Assembly (NCBI GenBank): GCA_965178125.1
Contig: OZ237748.1
Span: 186,001 to 250,000 of the forward strand
DNA: 64,000 bases
Source of the DNA: Bilabrum cf. latius
Taxonomy: Eukaryota
Direction of reading: 5' to 3'
In this document: positions 50,789 through 61,131 of the stretch, piece after piece
Numbering within the stretch: the first letter of the stretch is position 1
How the letters are laid out: every line of letters starts with the position of its first letter
Position numbers and translations under genes: made by a program
Notes under the pieces: model-generated
What the model saw: only the letters and a program-made list of their open reading frames with translations
Told to the model about the DNA's origin: nothing
The model's database searches: none

Positions 50789-51280
50789 GGAAGTACAGCC
50801 GGTTGCTTAAAAAATACTTCAAACGCTTCTCTTTGCTGTCGAGCTTCAAATTATGGCTATGGCCAGTCAATTTCAGCTTTAATGCACTTCAAAGCAAACG
50901 AAAGAGTAAAATTCTAAAAGGAACAGCTAGATCAGTACTACACTAATTGTCAAACGTGAAAATGACTCCTTTAGTATGTGCTGCGCTCGCCAAAATTGAT
51001 GAGTTGCACCTGCAACTCTGTGCTCCAAACTCGTATTTTAATGTTTTGTTGCGTGTTCATAGAATGTTCGCCCAGGATTCGGCACAGTATGATTCTACTA
51101 CAACCTCGAATGGACCGAACCATCTCATATTGATCAAAATTTGGTATGTTTCTGTATTACTTATCGTCAAGCTTGCATCAACCTGCGGAACGTTGGCATC
51201 CTGTATGAATTTCTCAAGCTCTTTATTACTGAGGTCGAGGTGCAGCCGCATACGACTTCCAGCAAGCGGTCACTCCTCGG

Positions 51281-54200
51281 GGGGCCCGCAGGAAGACGCA
51301 GGGGGGAAGGGAACTGCGATGGAAAGGGCCCGCAGGAAGACGCAGGGGGAAGGGAAATGCGATGAGAAGGGCCCGCAGGAAGACGCAGGGGGAAGGGAAA
51401 TGCGATGAGAAGGGCCCGCAGGAAGACGCAGGGGGGAAGGGAACTGCGATGAGAAGGGCCCGCAGGAAGACGCGGGGGGAAGGGAACTGGGATGAGAAGG
51501 GCCCGCAGGAAGACGCGGGGGGAAGGGAACTGGGATGAGAAGGGCCCGCAGGAAGACGCAGGGGGGAAGGGAACTGCGATGAGAAGGGCCCGCAGGAAGA
51601 CGCAGGGGGAAGGGAACTGCGATGAGAAGGGCCCGCAGGAAGACGCAGGGGGAAGGGAACTGCGATGAGAAGGGCCCGCAGGAAGACGCAGGGGGAAGGG
51701 AACTGCGATGAGAAGGGCCCGCAGGAAGACGCAGGGGGGAAGGGAACTGGGATGAGAAGGGCCCGCAGGAAGACGCAGGGGGAAGGGAACTGGGATGAGA
51801 AGGGCCCGCAGGAAGACGCAGGGGGGAGGGAAATGCGATGAGAAGGGCCCGCAGGAAGACGCAGGGGGGAAGGGAACTGCGATGAGAAGGGCCCGCAGGA
51901 AGACGCAGGGGGGAAGGGAAATGCGATGAGAAGGGCCCGCAGGAAGACGCAGGGGGGAAGGGAACTGGGATGAGAAGGGCCCGCAGGAAGACGCGGGGGG
52001 GAGGGAACTGCGATGAGAAGGGCCCGCAGGAAGACGCAGGGGGGAAGGGAACTGCGATGAGAAGGGCCCGCAGGAAGACGCAGGGGGGAAGGGAACTGCG
52101 ATGAGAAGGGCCCGCAGGAAGACGCAGGGGGAAGGGAACTGCGATGAGCAGGGCCCGCAGGAAGACGCAGGGGGAAGGGAACTGCGATGAGAAGGGCCCG
52201 CAGGAAGACGCAGGGGGGAAGGGAACTGCGATGAGAAGGGCCCGCAGGAAGACGCAGGGGGGAAGGGAACTGGGATGAGAAGGGCCCGCAGGAAGACGCA
52301 GGGGGAAGGGAACTGGGATGAGAAGGGCCCGCAGGAAGACGCAGGGGGAAGGGAAATGCGATGAGAAGGGCCCGCAGGAAGACGCAGGGGGGAAGGGAAC
52401 TGGGATGAGAAGGGCCCGCAGGAAGACGCGGGGGGGAGGGAACTGCGATGAGAAGGGCCCGCAGGAAGACGCAGGGGGGAAGGGAACTGCGATGAGAAGG
52501 GCCCGCAGGAAGACGCAGGGGGGAAGGGAACTGCGATGAGAAGGGCCCGCAGGAAGACGCAGGGGGAAGGGAACTGCGATGAGCAGGGCCCGCAGGAAGA
52601 CGCAGGGGGAAGGGAACTGCGATGAGAAGGGCCCGCAGGAAGACGCAGGGGGGAAGGGAACTGCGATGAGAAGGGCCCGCAGGAAGACGCAGGGGGGAAG
52701 GGAACTGGGATGAGAAGGGCCCGCAGGAAGACGCAGGGGGAAGGGAACTGGGATGAGAAGGGCCCGCAGGAAGACGCAGGGGGAAGGGAAATGCGATGAG
52801 AAGGGCCCGCAGGAAGACGCAGGGGGAAGGGAACTGGGATGAGAAGGGCCCGCAGGAAGACGCAGGGGGAAGGGAAATGCGATGAGAAGGGCCCGCAGGA
52901 AGACGCAGGGGGAAGGGAACTGCGATGAGAAGGGCCCGCAGGAAGACGCAGGGGGAAGGGAACTGCGATGAGAAGGGCCCGCAGGAAGACGCAGGGGGAA
53001 GGGAACTGCGATGAGAAGGGCCCGCAGGAAGACGCAGGGGGGAAGGGAACTGCGATGAGAAGGGCCCGCAGGAAGACGCAGGGGGAAGGGAACTGCGATG
53101 AGAAGGGCCCGCAGGAAGACGCGGGGGGAAGGGAACTGGGATGAGAAGGGCCCGCAGGAAGACGCAGGGGGGAAGGGAACTGCGATGAGAAGGGCCCGCA
53201 GGAAGACGCAGGGGGGAAGGGAACTGCGATGAGAAGGGCCCGCAGGAAGACGCAGGGGGAAGGGAACTGCGATGAGAAGGGCCCGCAGGAAGACGCAGGG
53301 GGGAGGGAACTGGGATGAGAAGGGCCCGCAGGAAGACGCAGGGGGTAGGGAACTGCGATGAGAAGGGCCCGCAGGAAGACGCAGGGGGAAGGGAACTGCG
53401 ATGAGAAGGGCCCGCAGGAAGACGCGGGGGGAAGGGAACTGCGATGAGCAGGGCCCGCAGGAAGACGCAGGGGGAAGGGAACTGCGATGAGAAGGGCCCG
53501 CAGGAAGACGCAGGGGGAAGGGAAATGCGATGAGAAGGGCCCGCAGGAAGACGCAGGGGGAAGGGAAATGCGATGAGAAGGGCCCGCAGGAAGACGCAGG
53601 GGGGAAGGGAACTGGGATGAGAAGGGCCCGCAGGAAGACGCAGGGGGGAAGGGAACTGCGATGAGAAGGGCCCGCAGGAAGATGCGGGGGGAAGGGAACT
53701 GCGATGAGAAGGGCCCGCAGGAAGACGCAGGGGGAAGGGAACTGCGATGAGAAGGGCCCGCAGGAAGACGCGGGGGGAAGGGAACTGCGATGAGAAGGGC
53801 CCGCAGGAAGACGCAGGGGGAAGGGAACTGCGATGAGAAGGGCCCGCAGGAAGACGCAGGGGGAAGGGAACTGCAATGAGAAGGGCCCGCAGGAAGACGC
53901 AGGGGGGTAGGGAACTGGGATGAGAAGGGCCCGCAGGAAGACGCAGGGGGAAGGGAACTGCGATGAGAAGGGCCCGCAGGAAGACGCAGGGGGAAGGGAA
54001 CTGCGATGAGAAGGGCCCGCAGGAAGACGCAGGGGGAAGGGAACTGCGATGAGAAGGGCCCGCAGGAAGACGCAGGGGGAAGGGAACTGCGATGAGAAGG
54101 GCCCGCAGGAAGACGCAGGGGGGAAGGGAACTGGGATGAGAAGGGCCCGCAGGAAGACGCAGGGGGAAGGGAACTGCGATGAGAAGGGCCCGCAGGAAGA

Positions 54201-55531
54201 CGCGGGGGGGAAGGGAACTGCGATGAGAAGGGCCCGCAGGAAGACGCAGGGGGAAGGGAACTGGGATGAGAAGGGCCCGCAGGAAGACGCAGGGGGAAGG
54301 GAACTGCGATGAGAAGGGCCCGCAGGAAGACGCAGGGGGAAGGGAACTGCGATGAGAAGGGCCCGCAGGAAGACGCAGGGGGAAGGGAACTGCGATGAGC
54401 AGGGCCCGCAGGAAGACGCAGGGGGAAGGGAACTGGGATGAGAAGGGCCCGCAGGAAGACGCGGGGGGGAAGGGAACTGGGATGAGAAGGGCCCGCAGGA
54501 AGATGCAGGGGAGAAGGGAACTGCGATGAGAAGGGCCCGCAGGAAGACGCGGGGGGAAGGGAACTGCGATGAGAAGGGCCCGCAGGAAGACGCGGGGGGA
54601 AGGGAACTGGGATGAGAAGGGCCCGCAGGAAGACGCGGGGGGAAGGGAACTGGGATGAGAAGGGCCCGCAGGAAGACGCAGGGGGGAAGGGAACTGCGAT
54701 GAGAAGGGCCCGCAGGAAGACGCGGGGGGAAGGGAACTGCGATGAGAAGGGCCCGCAGGAAGACGCGGGGGGAAGGGAACTGCGATGAGAAGGGCCCGCA
54801 GGAAGACGCAGGGGGGAAGGGAACTGCGATGAGAAGGGCCCGCAGGAAGACGCAGGGGGGAAGGGAACTGGGATGAGAAGGGCCCGCAGGAAGACGCGGG
54901 GGGAAGGGAACTGGGATGAGAAGGGCCCGCAGGAAGACGCAGGGGGAAGGGAACTGCGATGAGAAGGGCCCGCAGGAAGACGCAGGGGGGAAGGGAACTG
55001 GGATGAGAAGGGCCCGCAGGAAGACGCAGGGGGAAGGGAACTGGGATGAGAAGGGCCCGCAAGAAGACGCAGGGGGGAAGGGAACTGCGATGAGAAGGGC
55101 CCGCAGGAAGACGCAGGGGGGTAGGGAACTGGGATGAGAAGGGCCCGCAGGAAGACGCAGGGGGAAGGGAACTGCGATGAGAAGGGCCCGCAGGAAGACG
55201 CAGGGGGGAAGGGAACTGGGATGAGAAGGGCCCGCAGGAAGACGCAGGGGGAAGGGAACTGCGATGAGAAGGGCCCGCAGGAAGACGCGGGGGGAAGGGA
55301 ACTGCGATGAGCAGGGCCCGCAGGAAGACGCGGGGGGAAGGGAACTGCGATGAGAAGGGCCCGCAGGAAGACGCGGGGGGAAGGGAACTGCGATGAGAAG
55401 GGCCCGCAGGAAGACGCAGGGGGGAAGGGAACTGCGATGAGAAGGGCCCGCAGGAAGACGCAGGGGGGAAGGGAACTGCGATGAGAAGGGCCCGCAGGAA
55501 GACGCAGGGGGGAAGGGAACTGCGATGAGAA
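51281..55531. repeat. Satellite array, 43-44 bp unit, roughly 98 copies, G/A-rich + strand
   Basis: GGGCCCGCAGGAAGACGCAGGGGG(G)AAGGGAACTG(C/G)GATGAGAA; the G-run length varies and the unit is not a multiple of 3. Confidence 0.98.
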
Positions 55532-55579
55532 GTGTTCGCATGGGCCCATGATGGGAGGCGCCAACACGGGGATGACAAT

Positions 55580-55722
55580 GATGACTTGGCCGGGGAGGAC
55601 GATGACCTGGCCGGGGAGGACAATGACCTGGCCGGGGAGGACGATGACCTGGCCGGGGAGGATGATGACCTGCCCGGGGAGGACGATGACCTGGCCGGGG
55701 AGGGCGATGACCTGGCCGGGGA
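55580..55722 (+). repeat. 21-bp tandem repeat (GEDDDLA), ~7 copies, within a segment homologous to 34298-34650
   Basis: Same unit as 34454-34650, with a similar downstream flank (GMIFRILEVFRYFLMLA vs GMVSRVVEAWSHFLTLA). Confidence 0.9.
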
Positions 55723-57078
55723 GGCACACCCTGGTTGTGGCGGGGAGCCAAACGGTATGATATTTAGAATACTGGAAGTTTTCAGATATTTCCTGATGCT
55801 TGCTGTGAATCAGGCGCTCGACCCGACTAGAAATATCTAAGAGACCAAGGCGGCCGCAACGCAGCTGCTGGTCTTGCTCGCACTAACGCGAGATGGGCGC
55901 AACAAAGAGACGCCGTGACGCCCCATGGGCGACTGCAAGTTGTTATTGCATTGCCTAGTAAGCAATGTACGATCTTAGTTCGGCTTACTGCCGAAAAGGT
56001 GCCGGTTTGGCGGAGCGTGCGAACCATCTAGTATAACAAGATTTGTCCATTTAGTATTGGGTAACATTTATACATATAGCGACTACACTGAAAACGAGCA
56101 GAGATTATTCACCAGCAGCCGAGCAATACGGGAGTTTTAAAATTGGCCGCAGCCCGAAACGCTGGCGGTTTTAATCTTCTTCTTGAAAGTTCAACACGCT
56201 ACAAAGGACCTCTTGCAAACCCCCCGCCCTAATCAGTCATTTCGCGCACGTTTCGCAGGCCTGGTGTCAGCACTCTACTGAGAAACCTTAACCACTGCAT
56301 GCTCCGCGTTCACGACATTCCTGAAGTTCGCGGGACTAAGTGAAATTGACGGCATCACACCATCCTCATCTCGATCATCATCCTTTAGCTAAACGCTGGC
56401 GGTTGCAACTTATACTATTTGCGAGGTTTGAACCGGAATCACCCGAGGATTCCGGCGAGGAACTTCACATGCTCAGCTGACTGCATATTTCGAGAGGTAT
56501 CGCCCTAAGCCCCTTGAAACAGTCAGCCTTGTACGTGAGACTATGGGTATGCACCATCTTACCACTTTTATGCGGACCCCATGTTCTAATGCCGTGTGGC
56601 AATCGTATCGCTGATCCATGATTGCCGCCTGATGGAGTAGGCTCTACAATGCAGAGCTAGGACCCATCCAGCGCGCCTGCCCAACTTTCCGCAAGACTTT
56701 TCGGTAAATTATCAACAAAAACAAATACGATTTATCCACTGCTAGCCTCAGGCATGGTGTCCTGCGAGTACCGCTAGGCTTGTCCTTCAACTGTCAGTCA
56801 CGACTCGATGCTGCTCAATGCACTTTATTCATGCAATTTGAGCATCGCAGCCGGAAGAAACACATAGATCAACAAAAATGAACCGGACTTTGGGCGCGAA
56901 GGCGTCACTGTGAGCATTTTGGTTGGACTGTGCCCGAAGTAAATCGCGCACAGCGGCATACACTCTTTGCTTGTCTGGAGCACATGAGGCTGACAGCACT
57001 TATAGTAAAAGCTATTCTTCAAAACTGCATGTGCTTGTACCGCCTCTTTTTGCTTGTCGCAGCATCCTTGCGGCAGCC

Positions 57079-59946
57079 ATGACAGCTGCCCCAACTGTAT
57101 TCGCTGCGAGCGGGCACGAAGCGTCCCTAGCCGAAAGGCAGGACCTCGCAGTCAATGTGGCAGCAGAGCACTCCTTGAGGCGAATACTGAGTATTGCAAT
57201 AGGAGCTACGTTCAGTGTCAAGTCCCACCAGAAGATCTCCGATACGAAAGGCGGCTTCACCGGCGAGCTGAACGATGGTAGCATCTTCGGATAGTCCATG
57301 GCATCCCTGGGCGATCTGGACGGAGATGGCACCAACGACCTCGCAGTGGGAGCATACGGTGATAATGATGGAGGGAAGGACCGCGGGGCTACTTGGATCC
57401 TCTTCTTGAACGCCAACGGCACCGTCAAGTCCCACCAGAAGATCTCCGATACGGAAGGCGGCTTCACCGGCGAGCTGAACGATGATGACTGGTTCGGATA
57501 TTCCATGGCATCCTTGGGCGATCTGGACGGAGATGGCACCACCGACCTCGCAGTGGGGGCACCTGATGATGGTAGTGGAGAGGAGGACCGCGGGGCTACT
57601 TGGATCCTCTCCTTGAACAGCAACGGAACCGTCAAGTCCCACCAGAAGATCTCCGATACGGAAGGCGGCTTCACCGGCGAGCTGGACGACGTGGAAAACT
57701 TCGGGTGGTCCGTGGCATCCTTGGGCGATCTGGACGGAGATGGCACCACCGACCTCGCAGTGGGGGCACCCAGTGATAGTAGTGGGTCGAGACGCGCGGC
57801 TACTCTAATCATCCTGTTGAACACCGACGGAACTGTCAAGTCCCACCAGAAGATCTCAGATACGGAAGGCGGCTTCACCGGCGAGCTGATCGATAATGAC
57901 TTCTTCGGATAGTCCATGGCATCTCTGGGCGATCTGGACGGAGATGGCACCACCGACCTCGCAGTGGGGGCATACGGTGATGATGATGGTAGTGGAGGGG
58001 AGGACCGCGGGGCTACTTGGATCCTCTTTTTGAACACCAACGGCACCGTCAAGTCCCACCAGAAGATCTCCGATACGAAGGGCGGCTTCACCGGCGAGCT
58101 GGGCGATTGGAACTTCTTCGGATATTCCATGGCATCCCTGGGCGATCTGGACGGAGATAACATCACCGACCTCGCAGTGGGGGCATACGGTGATAATGAT
58201 GGAGGGATGTTGCGAGGGGCTACTTGGATCCTCTTCTTGAACACCGACGGAACCGTCAAGTCCCACCAGAAGATCTCAGATACGGAAGGTGGCTTCACCG
58301 GAGAGCTGGGGGATTGGAGCTTCTTCGGGTGGTCCGTGGCATCCTTGGGCGATCTGGACGGAGATGGCACCAACGACCTCGCAGTGGGGGCAGGCGGTGA
58401 TGCTGATGGAGGGGAGGGTCACGGGGCTACTTGGATCCTATTCAATGAGGTGGTATTGCCAACACCGAGCAACAGTCCGACCCCGAGTAGTACCCCCAGC
58501 ACCTCCCCCACGCCGAGCATCACCAGCAGCCCCAGCAACTCCCCCACGCCGAGCATCACCAGCAGCCCCAGCACCTCGCCCACGCCGAGCATCACCAGCA
58601 GCCCCAGCAACTCCCCCACGCCGAGCATCACCAGCAGCACCTCGCCCACGCCGAGCATCACCAGCAGCCCCAGCACCTCCCCCACGCCGAGCATCACCAG
58701 CAGCCCCAGCACCTCCCCCACGCCGAGCATCACCAGCAGCCCCAGCACCTCCCCCACGCCGAGCATCACCAGCAGCCCCAGCACCTCGCCCACGCCGAGC
58801 ATCACCAGCAGCCCCAGCACCTCGCCCACGCCGAGCATCACCAGCAGCCCCAGCACCTCCCCCACGCCGAGCATCACCAGCAGCCCCAGCACCTCGCCCA
58901 CGCCGAGCATCACCAGCAGCCCCAGCACCTCCCCCACGCCGAGCATCACCAGCAGCCCCAGCACCTCGCCCACGCCGAGCATCACCAGCAGCCCCAGCAC
59001 CTCGCCCACGCCGAGCATCACCAGCAGCCCCAGCACCTCGCCCACGCCGAGCATCACCAGTAGCCCCAGCACCTCGCCCATGCCGAGCACTTCGAGCACC
59101 GACGGTGCCACGGGATTGACATGCAGTGATGGCGAGACCAACGGCCAGGAGACCGACATTGACTGCGGGGACGCGTCTGCTGAGGACTGTCCATTGTGCG
59201 CCCAGGGCAGGACCTGCATCGTCACAGCCAACTGCGCAAGTGGACTCGTGTGCTCGGCCAGCAGCACCATGTGCACGTCCCCCACGAGGCGCAAGGGCAG
59301 GCGCATCACGGTGTCCGGGACCAAGGTGTCGAGCGTGACCACGCCCGTCTTCCAGTCGAACTTGATGACTCCCTTCATCGCAGCGATCGAAGACGTGTCC
59401 GGAAATGATGATGTGGTCATCGACCGGCTGACAACGTCCTCGACCAGCAGGGGCCGCTCCCCGCAGGCCTCGGGCTCAGAGGAAGATGGCATTTCCGCCG
59501 CTGAGCTGGATTTCACCGCAACTATTCCGCTGGATCGCACCGACGCGGAGTAGACGAGGCAGGACATCCTGGACTTCCTGCGGGGCAACATGAGCACGTC
59601 AACAAACGCGACGCTGGTGTAGGTGCTCAGGATGGCTGCGCCCGTCGAGATGACCCGGCTACTGGTGGTTGATACGACCAGCATTGCCGTGGAGGTCACT
59701 GTACAAGAAGAGGACCTGCAAGTGGAGGAGGCTGTGGCTCCTCCCATGGACGAGGATGACGACGAGGGAGGGGACAGCATGGTCATCATCATCGTAGTGG
59801 CGGTGGTCATCGTCATTGCCGTCATGGTGGGAGCAGCCGCCTACTTCTTCATAGCTCTATGCAGGAACACCAAGGCAGGGATTGCCAAGAAGGACGACAA
59901 GGCGATCGATGTGAAGGTAGAGCTTAGGGCGGCAGAGGCCGTGTAA
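57079..59946 (+). CDS. FG-GAP beta-propeller surface protein (6 near-identical repeats), Ser/Pro/Thr stalk, Cys-rich + SEA-like module, TM helix; 4 in-frame TAG
   Basis: ORFs 56923, 57298, 57916 and 59623 share one frame, with TAG at 57292, 57910, 59551 and 59620 and a TAA end. Repeat VKSHQKISDTEGGFTGEL...FGxSMASLGDLDGDGTTDLAVGA; TM IIIVVAVVIVIAVMVGAAAYFFIAL. Start is uncertain and there may be an upstream exon. Confidence 0.88.
58490..59090 (+). repeat. Coding 36-bp repeat (SPSTSPTPSITS), ~16 copies
   Basis: In-frame tandem repeat forming a mucin-like stalk. Confidence 0.95.
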
Positions 59947-60042
59947 AGGGGCGGATGAAGCCGTCACGTATGCTTGTGCTGGGGCTGTAGTGGAGGAAGT
60001 AACAAGAATCGTGTTACACGATTTACGATTCACCTGCATTGA

Positions 60043-61020
60043 ATGGGCACCCGTATAGAGAGCCAACAGCGCATTGGATTCCAAATCCGGCCACTGTACT
60101 TCATTCCCGCGGATCCACTGAGCTTCACCAAGCAAGCAGCGGAAGGGTCCAAACACGCTTCCTTCACCATCCCAGCGACCAATGAGGGCGGTGCGGGCGA
60201 CAGCCGATCCTCGGAGCTGATGGCCATGAGCAAACTGAAGGTCACCAAGGACTCGAGAGGAAAGCCGCTCGAGACGCTGGCCCAGGCCTACGAGATGTCC
60301 GATGCGTGGGCCGCGGCCAAGACCGTGTGGGGGCTGCTGGCGCAAGGGGATGCGGCTGCGTCTGCCCTCCCCGGCAACGACAGGCTGTACAAGGATTCTG
60401 CCATCCCGCGGCTGCCCCAGGCCGGCAGGGAGCTGGAGGCCATCCTGAGGGGGCTGCTGCAGTCGCTGCCCAGCAAGCGGCTGCGGCCCGAGAGCGCCAT
60501 TGCCGCCCTGCGAGCCCTGCTGTACGGGCCCGGGAGCTGGGAGCAGGTGGAGCGGGCGGCTGGGGAGGGTGAGGCTGCGAGCGGTGGGATGATGGGCGGG
60601 TCCAGCGGTGGAGGCACTGGGGCTGCTTCGGGGGCGGGGGCGGGGGATGCTGCATCGGCGACAGCAGCGGGTGCTGGAGCGGGTGGGTCTGGGCTGGTGG
60701 AGCTGGTCCGGGGGCAGCTGTGGGAGTGCGCGGCTGTGGATGCGGGGCGCAGGGGGGTGGCGTGCGTGCCTGCTGCTGGATTGTGCTGGGGCCTGGCGGG
60801 GCCTGCTCCCATGGTGCGGCTGCCGATTGGGGAGGAGGCGTATGGGGCGTTCGGGTGGGGCGAGCGGCGGTGTGTCCCAGGAGAGGCGAGCCTGTGGGAC
60901 CGGTTCCTGCGGCGGGAGGTGCTGCTGCGGGGGGGCGGGCCGGATGGGTCTGCGGCTTGCATGGCCAAGGACTGCGGGGAGCTGGTGGAGGCGGTGAGGA
61001 GGTTCGGGCAAGGAGAGTGA
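60043..61020 (+). CDS. Protein-kinase C-lobe-like fragment (PINK1-like), lacking recognisable N-lobe/HRD/DFG; possibly a pseudogene
   Basis: YEMSDAWAAAKTVWGLL...YKDSAIPRLP...LRGLLQSLPSKRLRPESAIAALRALLYG resembles kinase subdomains IX-XI as recalled for PINK1. Ends in TGA. Confidence 0.5.
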   Translation: MGTRIESQQRIGFQIRPLYFIPADPLSFTKQAAEGSKHASFTIPATNEGGAGDSRSSELMAMSKLKVTKDSRGKPLETLAQAYEMSDAWAAAKTVWGLLAQGDAAASALPGNDRLYKDSAIPRLPQAGRELEAILRGLLQSLPSKRLRPESAIAALRALLYGPGSWEQVERAAGEGEAASGGMMGGSSGGGTGAASGAGAGDAASATAAGAGAGGSGLVELVRGQLWECAAVDAGRRGVACVPAAGLCWGLAGPAPMVRLPIGEEAYGAFGWGERRCVPGEASLWDRFLRREVLLRGGGPDGSAACMAKDCGELVEAVRRFGQGE

Positions 61021-61131
61021 TGGGAACTGGTGGAGGCGGTGGGGAGGTTCGGGCAAGGAGAGTGTTGGGAGCTGGTGGAGGCGGTGAGGAGGTTCGGGCA
61101 AGGAGAGTGATGGGAGCTGGTGGAGGCGGTG
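60978..61131. repeat. 45-bp tandem repeat, ~3.5 copies, spanning the stop codon of the 60043 ORF
   Basis: GGAGCTGGTGGAGGCGGTGAGGAGGTTCGGGCAAGGAGAGTG(A/T)TG units. Confidence 0.9.

Noticed and set aside
51167-55751. Three ~1500-aa minus-strand ORFs
   Set aside because: Artefacts of a 43/44-bp satellite whose pyrimidine-rich strand has no stop codons in any frame.
7600-59946. Ciliate-type code (TAA and TAG both Gln) or pyrrolysine/amber readthrough
   Set aside because: No in-frame TAA was found, and TAA ends three genes at sensible C-termini. TAG substitutes for Gln codons in eukaryotic genes, and no pyl context is present.
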